A program made the translations under genes and the position numbers. Shown here in pieces: positions 43,902 to 52,291 of a stretch of 64,000 nucleotides of DNA; the first letter of the stretch is position 1, and each line of letters begins with the position of its first letter. Origin of the DNA: an uncultured Planctomycetaceae bacterium. GTDB taxonomy: Bacteria; Planctomycetota; Planctomycetia; Planctomycetales; Planctomycetaceae. A model generated the notes under the pieces. The model did not search any database. It saw nothing but the letters and a program-made list of their open reading frames with translations, and was not told the DNA's origin. The DNA is taken from the NCBI GenBank assembly GCA_963815195.1, contig CAWFGE010000006.1, forward strand, positions 32,001 through 96,000, in the 5' to 3' direction.

Positions 43902-44201
43902 ATGACGCGTCCTTCAAACCAACATCCCAAACCCGCAAAAGCCGTCCTCGAAAACGAGGCCGCTCGCGAAGGCCCCGAAGAATCGCCCCAGGGCATCTTT
44001 TGCCGTCACGGGATTTTTTCGGGCCGGTTTCCCATTGCGGGCCTGCGGCTCGGCGAGGTTCGGCCGGTGCTCAGCCGGTTGCTTAACATCGATCCCGAAG
44101 CCGCGGCGGTGGTGGATGGGCGGTTGGTGGGAGACGACTTTCTCATCGGTGACGACGTGGAACTTTTGAATTTCATCAAACCTTCTGGAATCATGGGGTG
44201 A
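43902..44201 (+). CDS. Ubiquitin-like protein Ubl-3, tandem paralog of Ubl-2, ending ...SGIMG
   Basis: 47 of the last 67 residues identical to Ubl-2 by manual alignment; terminal Gly. Confidence 0.8.
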   Translation: MTRPSNQHPKPAKAVLENEAAREGPEESPQGIFCRHGIFSGRFPIAGLRLGEVRPVLSRLLNIDPEAAAVVDGRLVGDDFLIGDDVELLNFIKPSGIMG

Positions 44202-45025
44202 CGTTTATGACTGCATCGACGCTCGAGGAGATCCTCCTCAACGACAAAGAATACGAAGTTCGCGGCGGGGACGGCGAACCGTTCCGGGGCCAACTCGGCG
44301 ACCTCATCGACGCGGTGCGGAAAAACGCCATCGTCGGATTCGAGGAAAACCCGCTACCCAAGAACAACCTGGCGTGGAAAATCGAAGCGGGGCCGCTCAC
44401 GGTGTGCATTGTGGAATTGGAGCCGGCCTTTCGCGTGCTCCAGTGGATTCACCCGGAAAGCGCGATGCCTTACGGTCCCGAGGCGATTTACACGCCCCGC
44501 AGCCTGGCCACGCCTTACGTGGTGCTCAAGGTGTCTTTCGTGGCGGGACACATCACCTCGCGGGCGGAACTGTTTTACCGCAACCGCCGGCTGGCGAATT
44601 TGAATGATGAACTCTACTGGCCGAACCTGCTCAACGTCAGCCCCCACGCCTACGGCTGCCGGGCCTGGATCTGCACGCAGTATCTGCGGACCGAGCATTT
44701 TCAGCCGGGCGTCACCCAGGGGCTCGATGCGCTGCTCCATCATCTGTGGGGCGGCGGATTCAACCGCTCCAGCGAACGTCACGAAGGCAACTCGGCCTTC
44801 AGCAAGGCGGCCAAGGACAAGATCGATTCCCGCGTGACCGACGTGGGCCGCTGGGAGCAGGAATCGATCAAGAACCCCCGCTTCGTGTTGGATGTGAAAT
44901 GGAAACCGGTGGGCGTCACCGTGCGGCAGTTGATTCAGGATGAGCTGGATCACCACAAACCCGTCCGCGACCTGAGCCGCACGGGGGAACTCGTCAACCT
45001 GCTCTCCATGACCCGCCGGTCGTGA
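44198..45025 (+). CDS. Prokaryotic E2 family-D-like protein (PRTRC protein B-like)
   Basis: GTGA-coupled to Ubl-3; LATPYVV, ELYWPNLLNV...WICT (candidate catalytic Cys), LWGGGFN. Confidence 0.7.
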   Translation: MTFMTASTLEEILLNDKEYEVRGGDGEPFRGQLGDLIDAVRKNAIVGFEENPLPKNNLAWKIEAGPLTVCIVELEPAFRVLQWIHPESAMPYGPEAIYTPRSLATPYVVLKVSFVAGHITSRAELFYRNRRLANLNDELYWPNLLNVSPHAYGCRAWICTQYLRTEHFQPGVTQGLDALLHHLWGGGFNRSSERHEGNSAFSKAAKDKIDSRVTDVGRWEQESIKNPRFVLDVKWKPVGVTVRQLIQDELDHHKPVRDLSRTGELVNLLSMTRRS

Positions 45026-45064
45026 ATGACCAAAGAATGATCGCAACTCTGTTTTCAAGCGGAC

Positions 45065-45180
45065 GGGGTCCCACGCCCCTGATCGCAGCGAAGGGCGTGG
45101 CGATCGCAAAGACCACGCCCTTCGTTCCTCAGGGCGTGCCACCCGTGTCACTCAAGTCTCTAGCCACTTTTGTGAAACAC
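45065..45180 (-). repeat. REP-like palindromic element, family A (copy 3, inverted)
   Basis: CCACGCCCTTCGTTCCTCAGGGCGTGCCACCC...TGTGAAACA is the reverse complement of the 5188 and 19968 copies. Confidence 0.85.
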
Positions 45181-45202
45181 AACTCGCAAAGGACCAACTG
45201 CC

Positions 45203-46078
45203 ATGAACTTTGAGATTCTCATCAAAACGCTCCACACCGAGCTGCCCGAACTCAAGCCGGGGCAGTTTCGGTATGTGCTCGGGCGGGACGGTTTGCACGT
45301 GGAACGGGCCACGCCGATGTATACGAGCAGCGTGAAAGTCGACGGCCCGGTTCCGTTTCTCGCGGAGCATCCCCAGCAATGCCGGCTCAATTGCGGGCCG
45401 ATTCCCTCGAACATGCTCCGGCAGATGGTGGGCTTTTTCCAGGCGGCCTACCACATGCACGGCGGCGAAGCGGCCCTCGTTCTGTTGTACTTTCCCGCAA
45501 CCGGAAAGTTCGCCTGGCATTGCCCGAAGCAGACGATTCGGATGTATTCGTCGTGGGGCAAGTTCCGCGCGGACGATTCGGTGGAATACGACAACCCGCT
45601 GTCGCTGCCGGCGGGCGCGGTGCAATTCGGCGATGCCCATTCCCACATCGGCCCACCGATCCCTTCGATCATGGATCAAAACGATGAAGCCCATTTGGAT
45701 GGCCTGCATATCATCGTGGGAAACATCTCCAGCCGGTTTCCACGATGGCACATTGATTTTTGCATCGACGGCCACCGCTTCTCGGTGCCGACCGACATGA
45801 TTCTCGAAGCCGTCCCCGAAGCCCCATTTCCGGAACCGCCGGTCGGATGGACGCAGCAAATCCAGTTGGTTTATCCCTCGTGGAAAACCGAATCCTACTC
45901 GGCTTCCAAGCCGCGAACGTCCACGTGGAGCAGTTCAAGCCACTCCCGCTTCGGCTCCTCCAAGAACCAGAACGGTTCCGGCAGCCGGGACTCTGTGGAA
46001 GAGAACGACGAGTCGCCTCCGTCTGCATCCGAGAAACCCGCCGCCGAATCCCAACCCAGCGACGAGGATGAATCATGA
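45203..46078 (+). CDS. JAB peptidase JAB-2 (PRTRC protein A-like) with a Ser/acidic disordered tail
   Basis: YVLGRDGL...GPIP, GEAALVL (Glu), GDAHSH (HxH), PSIMDQNDE (S-x-x-D), GLHIIVGNI. Confidence 0.85.
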   Translation: MNFEILIKTLHTELPELKPGQFRYVLGRDGLHVERATPMYTSSVKVDGPVPFLAEHPQQCRLNCGPIPSNMLRQMVGFFQAAYHMHGGEAALVLLYFPATGKFAWHCPKQTIRMYSSWGKFRADDSVEYDNPLSLPAGAVQFGDAHSHIGPPIPSIMDQNDEAHLDGLHIIVGNISSRFPRWHIDFCIDGHRFSVPTDMILEAVPEAPFPEPPVGWTQQIQLVYPSWKTESYSASKPRTSTWSSSSHSRFGSSKNQNGSGSRDSVEENDESPPSASEKPAAESQPSDEDES

Positions 46079-46896
46079 TGAATCCCGACACCGAAAAACC
46101 AACGACCGCCGCGGAGAAAATCGCCCGGCAACTGGAAACCCGCTGGCTCGCCGAGGGCCGGATTGTGGTCATCGGCCTGGGCGGAATCGGGTCGATTCTC
46201 GCCCGGTATCTGGTGCTGTTTCTGGCGAGCCTGCCGGACGAGTTTCGCGTGCTGCTTGCCGACGGCGACAGTTTTGAACCGGACAACACCTACCGCATGG
46301 ATGTGCCCGGCTATCAGAACAAGGCCGTGGCGATGGACATGGAACTCAGCGAGCGGTTCGGCCGCGAGGGTTTGGTGATCCGCTCGAAAGCGAAATATCT
46401 CAGCCCCGGCAACACGGACGACCTGATCCGCGAGGGCGACTTCGTGCTGCTCTGCGTCGACAACCATGCCACCCGCAAACTCGCCAGCGACCGGTTAAGC
46501 GAACTCGATAACGGGGCGATCGTCTCCGCGGGCAACGACGGCGTCGGCGACGGCGAGCGGGGCACTTATGGGAACCTGCAGATCTACGCCCGGCAAAACG
46601 GGGAAACCATCGCCGGCGGGCCCTTCGATATGTTTCATCCCGAAATCGCCGAGCCGGAGGATGTCTTCCCCGACGAAATGGACTGCATGGAACTGGCCGC
46701 ACAAGGGGCGCCGCAACTTTTGCCGATGAACCTGGCGATGGCCTCGGCGATGCTCTCGGCGGTGCTCCGGTTTCTGATGCCTCCGCCAGACGAATCGATG
46801 TACGACGAGGTGTGCCTCGATATTTTGGAAGCCACGGCCGTTCCGCAATGGCTGACCCGGCCGCAAAAACGCCCGAAGCCTTCGACCCCCGTTTGA
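46075..46896 (+). CDS. ThiF/E1-like activating enzyme E1-a (PRTRC ThiF-like)
   Basis: ATGA-coupled to JAB-2; VIGLGGIGS, ADGD, NTYR, NKA, CVDNHATRK; candidate catalytic Cys in EMDCMELA. Confidence 0.9.
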   Translation: MMNPDTEKPTTAAEKIARQLETRWLAEGRIVVIGLGGIGSILARYLVLFLASLPDEFRVLLADGDSFEPDNTYRMDVPGYQNKAVAMDMELSERFGREGLVIRSKAKYLSPGNTDDLIREGDFVLLCVDNHATRKLASDRLSELDNGAIVSAGNDGVGDGERGTYGNLQIYARQNGETIAGGPFDMFHPEIAEPEDVFPDEMDCMELAAQGAPQLLPMNLAMASAMLSAVLRFLMPPPDESMYDEVCLDILEATAVPQWLTRPQKRPKPSTPV

Positions 46897-46921
46897 CCAA
46901 CCGAAGAGAGAGGAGCCTTTA

Positions 46922-47548
46922 ATGAAAACGTTCTGCCTGCATCCCATCCGCCGGGCGGTGCTCGATTCCGATCCGCCGCTGTTGTGCATTTCGTCCGCCG
47001 ATTGCCGGGAGGCCCCGCGGATGGTCTGGATCACCAAACGGGGCCGCTTGCGGAGTTCCCCTGCTCAACAAGTCCACGAAACCGCCCGGCGGATGGCGCG
47101 CCTCTTGTACCGCGATGCGGGCCACGGCAATTCGCAATGGCTCTTTGCGCCGCTGTGTGACGAAGTGCTGCACAATGGCATCCGGCCGCTGGCGATCGCG
47201 ATCATCGAACCGGGCGACGTGCTCGCCCTCGGCGAAGAATGCTGGTTCGCGTCGGAACTCTGGCGGCCGGCCCCGGTCCCGGCTCCGGAAAACATCGCCG
47301 AGAAGGAATGCTCCGTCTGCGGCGGCCCGCTCAAATTGGCCCCGGTCATCCAATGCCCCTGCGGGCGGTATTATCACCTCGAGCATCCCGAAACCCCGGA
47401 CGATCCGCAGGCGTTGAATTGCTACCTGACGGCCGGCATGTGCGGATTGTGCGAACGCAAGCCGAGCCTCGAACCGCAGTTTCTCCCAACGCCGCCGGAA
47501 GAATTGATCCCGGAAGACCACCTCGCCGCCGCGCTTGCCGCGGTGTGA
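46922..47548 (+). CDS. Degenerate FHA-like domain + RING-like (Prok-RING-type) zinc finger; candidate E3
   Basis: VLHNG...IEPGDVLALG (FHA C-terminal strands); CSVC-x11-CPC-x4-H...C-x6-CGLC at about 47309..47451. Confidence 0.65.
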   Translation: MKTFCLHPIRRAVLDSDPPLLCISSADCREAPRMVWITKRGRLRSSPAQQVHETARRMARLLYRDAGHGNSQWLFAPLCDEVLHNGIRPLAIAIIEPGDVLALGEECWFASELWRPAPVPAPENIAEKECSVCGGPLKLAPVIQCPCGRYYHLEHPETPDDPQALNCYLTAGMCGLCERKPSLEPQFLPTPPEELIPEDHLAAALAAV

Positions 47549-47711
47549 ATGCGTTTCGCGATTGGAAAGGATTGAACCACCGATAAACGAATAAGACGAA
47601 TAAAGACCCACATGGCTTTTATCCGCGCGCCTCCGCGTTCTCCGCGGTCCATATCTTTGGCTTTGTTTGATTCGTCGCTCAACGCGGCTTGATCTTGTGA
47701 GAGGTATTGTC

Positions 47712-48875
47712 ATGGCTCAAGAGGTTTTATCCGAACACGATTTGGCTTCGTGTTGGCCGGCGATTCCCAGTGTGGACTGGCGGCTCCTCGGACAAACGCG
47801 ATTTGTGTTCGTGGGCGCGGGGGCGGTGAATCGGCCGCTGGCATTCCAGTTGGCGTGGTTGGGGATGAAGGGGTGCATCGTCATCGATCCCAAACCGTAC
47901 AAATCCCAAAGCGTCATTTCGCAATGCAAACCTTGCGAAGTCGGGCGGTTTAAAGCCGAAGTTGTCGCGGAGGAGCTTCAGAAGCGGGGCGTCGCGGCGA
48001 CGCCCTTCGTGAAAGACGTGGACGTGGTGCCGCCCGGCTATTTGGAAGGGGACAGCCTCGTCATCGTGGCGGTGGACAATCGCCGGGCCGACATTTGTGC
48101 GAACCGCTTCGCCGCCCGCATGCGCCGGCCGCTGGTGAAAGTCAACGTGGATCCCAATTACCTCACCGCGTCCATTCGCTGTTACGACCTGCGAAACGGT
48201 CCCCTCGCTCTGTGCGCGGAATGCCAAATGACGGATCGGCATTACGAAGAGCAACGGCACCCCTTAAGCTGCGACGGCGGCGAAGTGGGAGAACAAGCCA
48301 CAGGCAGCCCGCGGCCGCTCAGCCAGTTCGCCGCGAATGCCGCGGCTTTGGCCGTCGCCCAAATCGCCGGTTCGCCCGACGAATGGGCCAAGACCTGGTG
48401 GGGAAAGCAATGGCAGCAAAACCTGTTGGGCGGCCGGGGCTTTTTTTCGGATCTCGAACCCAACCCCCATTGCCGCTGGGATCACGCCGCGGCTTGGGAT
48501 CCGCTGATCTTCCTGCCGCACGATCAGCCCATCAGCCTCTCGCATCTGGCCAAGGGAACATTCGGCTCAATGCCGACTTGGGAAGTCGAGTTTTCCGCGC
48601 GGGTCGCGACGCGGATGGTCTGTTCCCAATGCCGAGCCTCCGAGGAAGGCGTGTGGTGGGTCGCGGAACTCGACCGGCCGGTGACGCGTTGCGGTTGCGG
48701 CGGCGAGAGTTTTGCGCTGCCGTTCTTCACCCACAAAAAACTCCCGGCCGCGGAGCTCGAATCCGTTTGGAACCGGCCGCTCGCCGCGTGGGGCGTGACG
48801 CCGGGTTCTGTTCTCCGCTTCGCCTCGGCTTCCAAGAACCAAATGTACTGTTTGCGCGTTCCAAGATTGCCTTAG
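47712..48875 (+). CDS. Second ThiF/E1-like protein E1-b with a C-terminal zinc-ribbon extension
   Basis: FVGAGAVN, VIDP, GRFKAE, AVDNRRA, LCAEC, HPLSC (candidate catalytic Cys), NPHCRWDH, CSQC...CGCG. Confidence 0.82.
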   Translation: MAQEVLSEHDLASCWPAIPSVDWRLLGQTRFVFVGAGAVNRPLAFQLAWLGMKGCIVIDPKPYKSQSVISQCKPCEVGRFKAEVVAEELQKRGVAATPFVKDVDVVPPGYLEGDSLVIVAVDNRRADICANRFAARMRRPLVKVNVDPNYLTASIRCYDLRNGPLALCAECQMTDRHYEEQRHPLSCDGGEVGEQATGSPRPLSQFAANAAALAVAQIAGSPDEWAKTWWGKQWQQNLLGGRGFFSDLEPNPHCRWDHAAAWDPLIFLPHDQPISLSHLAKGTFGSMPTWEVEFSARVATRMVCSQCRASEEGVWWVAELDRPVTRCGCGGESFALPFFTHKKLPAAELESVWNRPLAAWGVTPGSVLRFASASKNQMYCLRVPRLP

Positions 48876-49034
48876 CCGCGTAGCGGCGGCGGCAATTCTT
48901 CACGAGTCGCATTGAACAAAAGCGATTTCACAGAAAACCATTGCTGTCGCCGCTTCGCGGCTTGCTATTTCTCATCGAGCAATTCTCTCTGCGGGCTGAC
49001 GCCCGCAGCTATCTGCTGTCGCCGCTTCGCGGCT
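48874..49034. repeat. REP-like cluster, family F, at a convergent gene junction
   Basis: AGCCGCGTAGCGGCGGCGGCA plus two copies of TGCTGTCGCCGCTTCGCGGCT. Confidence 0.75.
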
Positions 49035-49860
49035 GTGGAGCTTCCACGGGCGTTTGGGCTTTGGGCGGCGAGGCTTTGCGGAGGCCCATCATCGGCGGCT
49101 GGCGGTGCACGCGCACCGGAATATACAGCACGGGGAACTTCGCATCGTCGGTGTGGATCCGCACGAGCGTGTCGTAACTGCCCAGCGGCACGGGGGCGAC
49201 TTTGACGTCGATGCGGGTCTGCTGGACTCCATTTTCGTCGGTTGTCGTTTCGCCCAACTCCGCCTTGACGAAATCGGCTTTGCATTCCACGCCGGTGACG
49301 GTGAGCGGTTTCAGACGGTTGTCGCTGACCACGATTTCCTTGGTCGTCGATTCCTCGCCGAACTGATACACCAGCACCGCCCGCGGGCTGACGTAAACCT
49401 GGCGGGGCGGCAATTCGAAGCCGAACGACAGCACGACCGTTTGCGGCTCCGGGTCGAGATAGCGGACGGTGATCGTGTATTCCCGCGGCCCCGGTTGTTC
49501 GCCCGCGGTGGCCACGTGCACCCAAAACCGCCCCGTCTCGCCCGGGGCGTATTCGAGCTTGTCCAACTGCGGCTTCAAACATCCGCAGCTGGGCAGGAGG
49601 GTCGTAATCGTCACCTTCCGATGGCTGGTGTTCGTAAAACGAAACAGCCCCCGCGCGTGGCTGACCGGTTCGAGCGGACCCAAGTCCACGGCGTATTGGT
49701 CGAAAGCAAGCGCCGGCCGCTGTTCAGGCGGCGCCGCGGCATTGGGCCTTGGTCCGGCCACATGAAAACCCAAAGAGGCGAGGCAAGGAAACAGGCCCGC
49801 CAGGATCAATCCCCAGCGGGACAGCCTGGTGCATCGCGGAACGGGGGCAGTCGGTTCCAT
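49009..49860 (-). CDS. DUF1573 Ig-like domain protein
   Basis: FRFTNTSHRKVTITTLLPSCGCL...YAPGETG. Confidence 0.85.
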   Translation of the reverse strand: MEPTAPVPRCTRLSRWGLILAGLFPCLASLGFHVAGPRPNAAAPPEQRPALAFDQYAVDLGPLEPVSHARGLFRFTNTSHRKVTITTLLPSCGCLKPQLDKLEYAPGETGRFWVHVATAGEQPGPREYTITVRYLDPEPQTVVLSFGFELPPRQVYVSPRAVLVYQFGEESTTKEIVVSDNRLKPLTVTGVECKADFVKAELGETTTDENGVQQTRIDVKVAPVPLGSYDTLVRIHTDDAKFPVLYIPVRVHRQPPMMGLRKASPPKAQTPVEAPQPRSGDSR

Positions 49861-50110
49861 CCTTTTGATCCCATAAAAACCACAATCGGGCAGGTTGGCG
49901 CACTCGTGCGAGCGGGATTGCTAGCAAAACCGGGCGTTTTGAGCAAGATGGAAATGGCGATTCAATAGAATCACAGAATTATGATTTTGTGGTAAACGAG
50001 CCCGAAGGATTCGTCCCGGTTCGCCGATTTCCGTTGTCATCCGCCGGGGGTTCGCGTTACTTTTGAGGAGATTCGAAGCACGACTGATTTTAGAGAGGGC
50101 GTATTCATCC

Positions 50111-51034
50111 ATGCCGTTGCATCCGAAAGCGGAAAAACTGTTGGCGGGCCTGGCTCGGTCGGACCTCAAACCGATCTGGGACACCCCGCTCGCCGAGGCC
50201 CGCTCGCTCATGGTGGAGACCAGCCGGCTGTTGGGGCCGTTCGACGCGGTCGAAACCATCGAGGACCGGTCGATTCCCGGACCGGCGGGCGAGATTCCCA
50301 TTCGGATCTACCGCCCCGCCGGCGAAGCGTTGCCGATGGTGGTGTATTTTCACGGCGGCGGGTGGGTCATCGGCAGCATCGATTCGCACGACGGCTATGC
50401 TCGCGCACTGTCCAAGTCCGCGAATGCCGTGGTGGTTTCGGTCGGATACCGCCTGGCTCCCGAACATCGTTATCCCGCAGCCGCGGAAGATGCCTATGCC
50501 GCCACAGTGTGGGCAAGCGAAAACGCGGCCGTCCTCGGCGGACGAACCGGCCCCGTCGGAGTCGCGGGCGACAGCGCGGGCGGCAATCTCGCGGCGGCGG
50601 TCGCACTCATGGCCCGCGACCAAAGCGGACCGGAAATCGGCTGCCAGATCTTGATCTATCCCATTACCGATTGCGATTTTGAAACGGGTTCCTATCGCGA
50701 TTTCGCGGAGGATTATTTCCTCACCCGCGATGCGATGAAATGGTTTTGGGATCAATACTGCCCCGCCCGCGCCGACCGCTATGAGGCTTACATTTCCCCC
50801 GCGCGGGCCGAGACATTATGGGGCTTGCCGCCGGCCTTGGTTTTGACGGCCGAGTATGATCCGCTCCGCGACGAGGCCGAGCTTTACGCCGGGAAGCTTC
50901 GCGACGCGGGGAACGAGGCAAAACTCATTCGCTACGAAGGCATGATCCACGGTTTCACCCGCCGGTTCCATCTGTTCGACGAAGCCCACCACGCGATGAG
51001 CGAAACCGCGGCGATCATCGAGCGGACGCTGTGA
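50111..51034 (+). CDS. HSL-family alpha/beta hydrolase (esterase/lipase)
   Basis: HGGGW, YRLAPEH, GDSAGG, EYDPLRDE, HGF. Confidence 0.95.
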   Translation: MPLHPKAEKLLAGLARSDLKPIWDTPLAEARSLMVETSRLLGPFDAVETIEDRSIPGPAGEIPIRIYRPAGEALPMVVYFHGGGWVIGSIDSHDGYARALSKSANAVVVSVGYRLAPEHRYPAAAEDAYAATVWASENAAVLGGRTGPVGVAGDSAGGNLAAAVALMARDQSGPEIGCQILIYPITDCDFETGSYRDFAEDYFLTRDAMKWFWDQYCPARADRYEAYISPARAETLWGLPPALVLTAEYDPLRDEAELYAGKLRDAGNEAKLIRYEGMIHGFTRRFHLFDEAHHAMSETAAIIERTL

Positions 51035-51035
51035 A

Positions 51036-52049
51036 TCACGCGGAGGGGATATTGTCGGATGCGTTTTGAGCGGCGCTCAAAATCGCTTGCACATCGCGGC
51101 CGGTTTCCGGCAGGCAGAGCGGTTGAAAGGCTGCGCCCGTCGCCAAGCCCCAGAAGAAATGCGCGGCGGCGTTGATGAGGTGCGTGGGCAAGTCGGGGAC
51201 TTCGACTGCGGAGCCGTTCGGATCGTCATCGGTCGCGAGCAGCAATCGGCCGCCCAGGCGGGGTTCCACGACCAGTGTGCCCTTGGTGCCGTAGATCACG
51301 GTGAGGTAGCTGGTGAGCTTGCCGATCTGGGTCCAGGAGCCTTCCGCGATCGCGAGGGCTTTGGGGTAATGCATGAGGACGAGGGCGTTGTCTTCCACCT
51401 TGAGATGCGGTTTGCAGAGCGTGGCTTTGGTGCCGGTGACCGAAGCGGGAACGCCCAACAGCACCCGCGCGAGGTTCGCCCCGTAACAGCAGTAATCCAT
51501 GAGCGCCCCGCCGCCGTTCTTGACCGGATCGAGCAGCCATTCGCAGAAGTACGGCGAACAGCCGAACTCCTCCGGTCCCTGGTGAGCCGCCCGGTAGCGC
51601 ACCTGCCAGATGTCGCCGATGGCCCCCTGGCTCGCCAAAGCCAATGCGTGCTGAAGCTGCGGCCACCAGGCGAACGGCCAGTTGATCATCAGCCGCACGC
51701 CGTGTTTCGCCGCCGCGGCGAGCATGCGTTCGGCCCCGTCCAAGGTCGCGGCCATCGGTTTTTCGATCAGCACATGCAGGCCCCGCTCCATCGCCCGCAC
51801 CGCGAGTTCCGCTCCCTGGGCATTGCTCGAAAACACATAGACCGCATCGAGCGATTCGCGGCCCAGGAGTTCGTCCAGGTCCTCATAAGCCCGGCCGCCG
51901 AATTCGCGTTGGACCCGCTCGCGAAGCGGCGCATTTTCGTCCCAGGCGGCGACCAGTTCCGCCGTTTCGCAATCCCGGAGCGCGGGCAAGTTGTCCCACA
52001 CATGGTCGTGGATCATTCCGAGGACGGCGACTCGATAAGGCGAACTCAT
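51036..52049 (-). CDS. Gfo/Idh/MocA family oxidoreductase
   Basis: HVLIEKPMA, GGGALMDYCCY, VEDNA. Confidence 0.92.
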   Translation of the reverse strand: MSSPYRVAVLGMIHDHVWDNLPALRDCETAELVAAWDENAPLRERVQREFGGRAYEDLDELLGRESLDAVYVFSSNAQGAELAVRAMERGLHVLIEKPMAATLDGAERMLAAAAKHGVRLMINWPFAWWPQLQHALALASQGAIGDIWQVRYRAAHQGPEEFGCSPYFCEWLLDPVKNGGGALMDYCCYGANLARVLLGVPASVTGTKATLCKPHLKVEDNALVLMHYPKALAIAEGSWTQIGKLTSYLTVIYGTKGTLVVEPRLGGRLLLATDDDPNGSAVEVPDLPTHLINAAAHFFWGLATGAAFQPLCLPETGRDVQAILSAAQNASDNIPSA

Positions 52050-52217
52050 GCGGACGACTCCTGTTGCTCACGCACCGATTTCCCTGGGCAGGGAGGAGAT
52101 CGTTCCATGATGGCAATCCCGCGCCTTCGTTTCCAGCCCAAGTGTGCGGCACGGCGCTAGCCGCCGGTCTTGGGACCGCCAAGAAAACAACTTCAGTTTT
52201 TGAACCAGTTAACAAAA

Positions 52218-52244
52218 CCAGGGGGCTTACGCCCCCCGCTCGCC
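52218..52244. repeat. REP-like unit, family C
   Basis: CCAGGGGGCTTACGCCCCCCGCTCGCC. Confidence 0.8.
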
Positions 52245-52291
52245 TGTTGGTCCCAAATGATGAAGTTATATTCTTCGCGATCCTTAGCGAC

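Noticed and set aside
38433..48875. Identification as CBASS, a Pup-proteasome locus, or a thiamine/molybdopterin sulfur-relay operon
   Set aside because: No CD-NTase or effector, no pafA/dop/prcAB, and no thiG, moaE, cysteine synthase or rhodanese. The E2s and RING-like protein point to protein conjugation.
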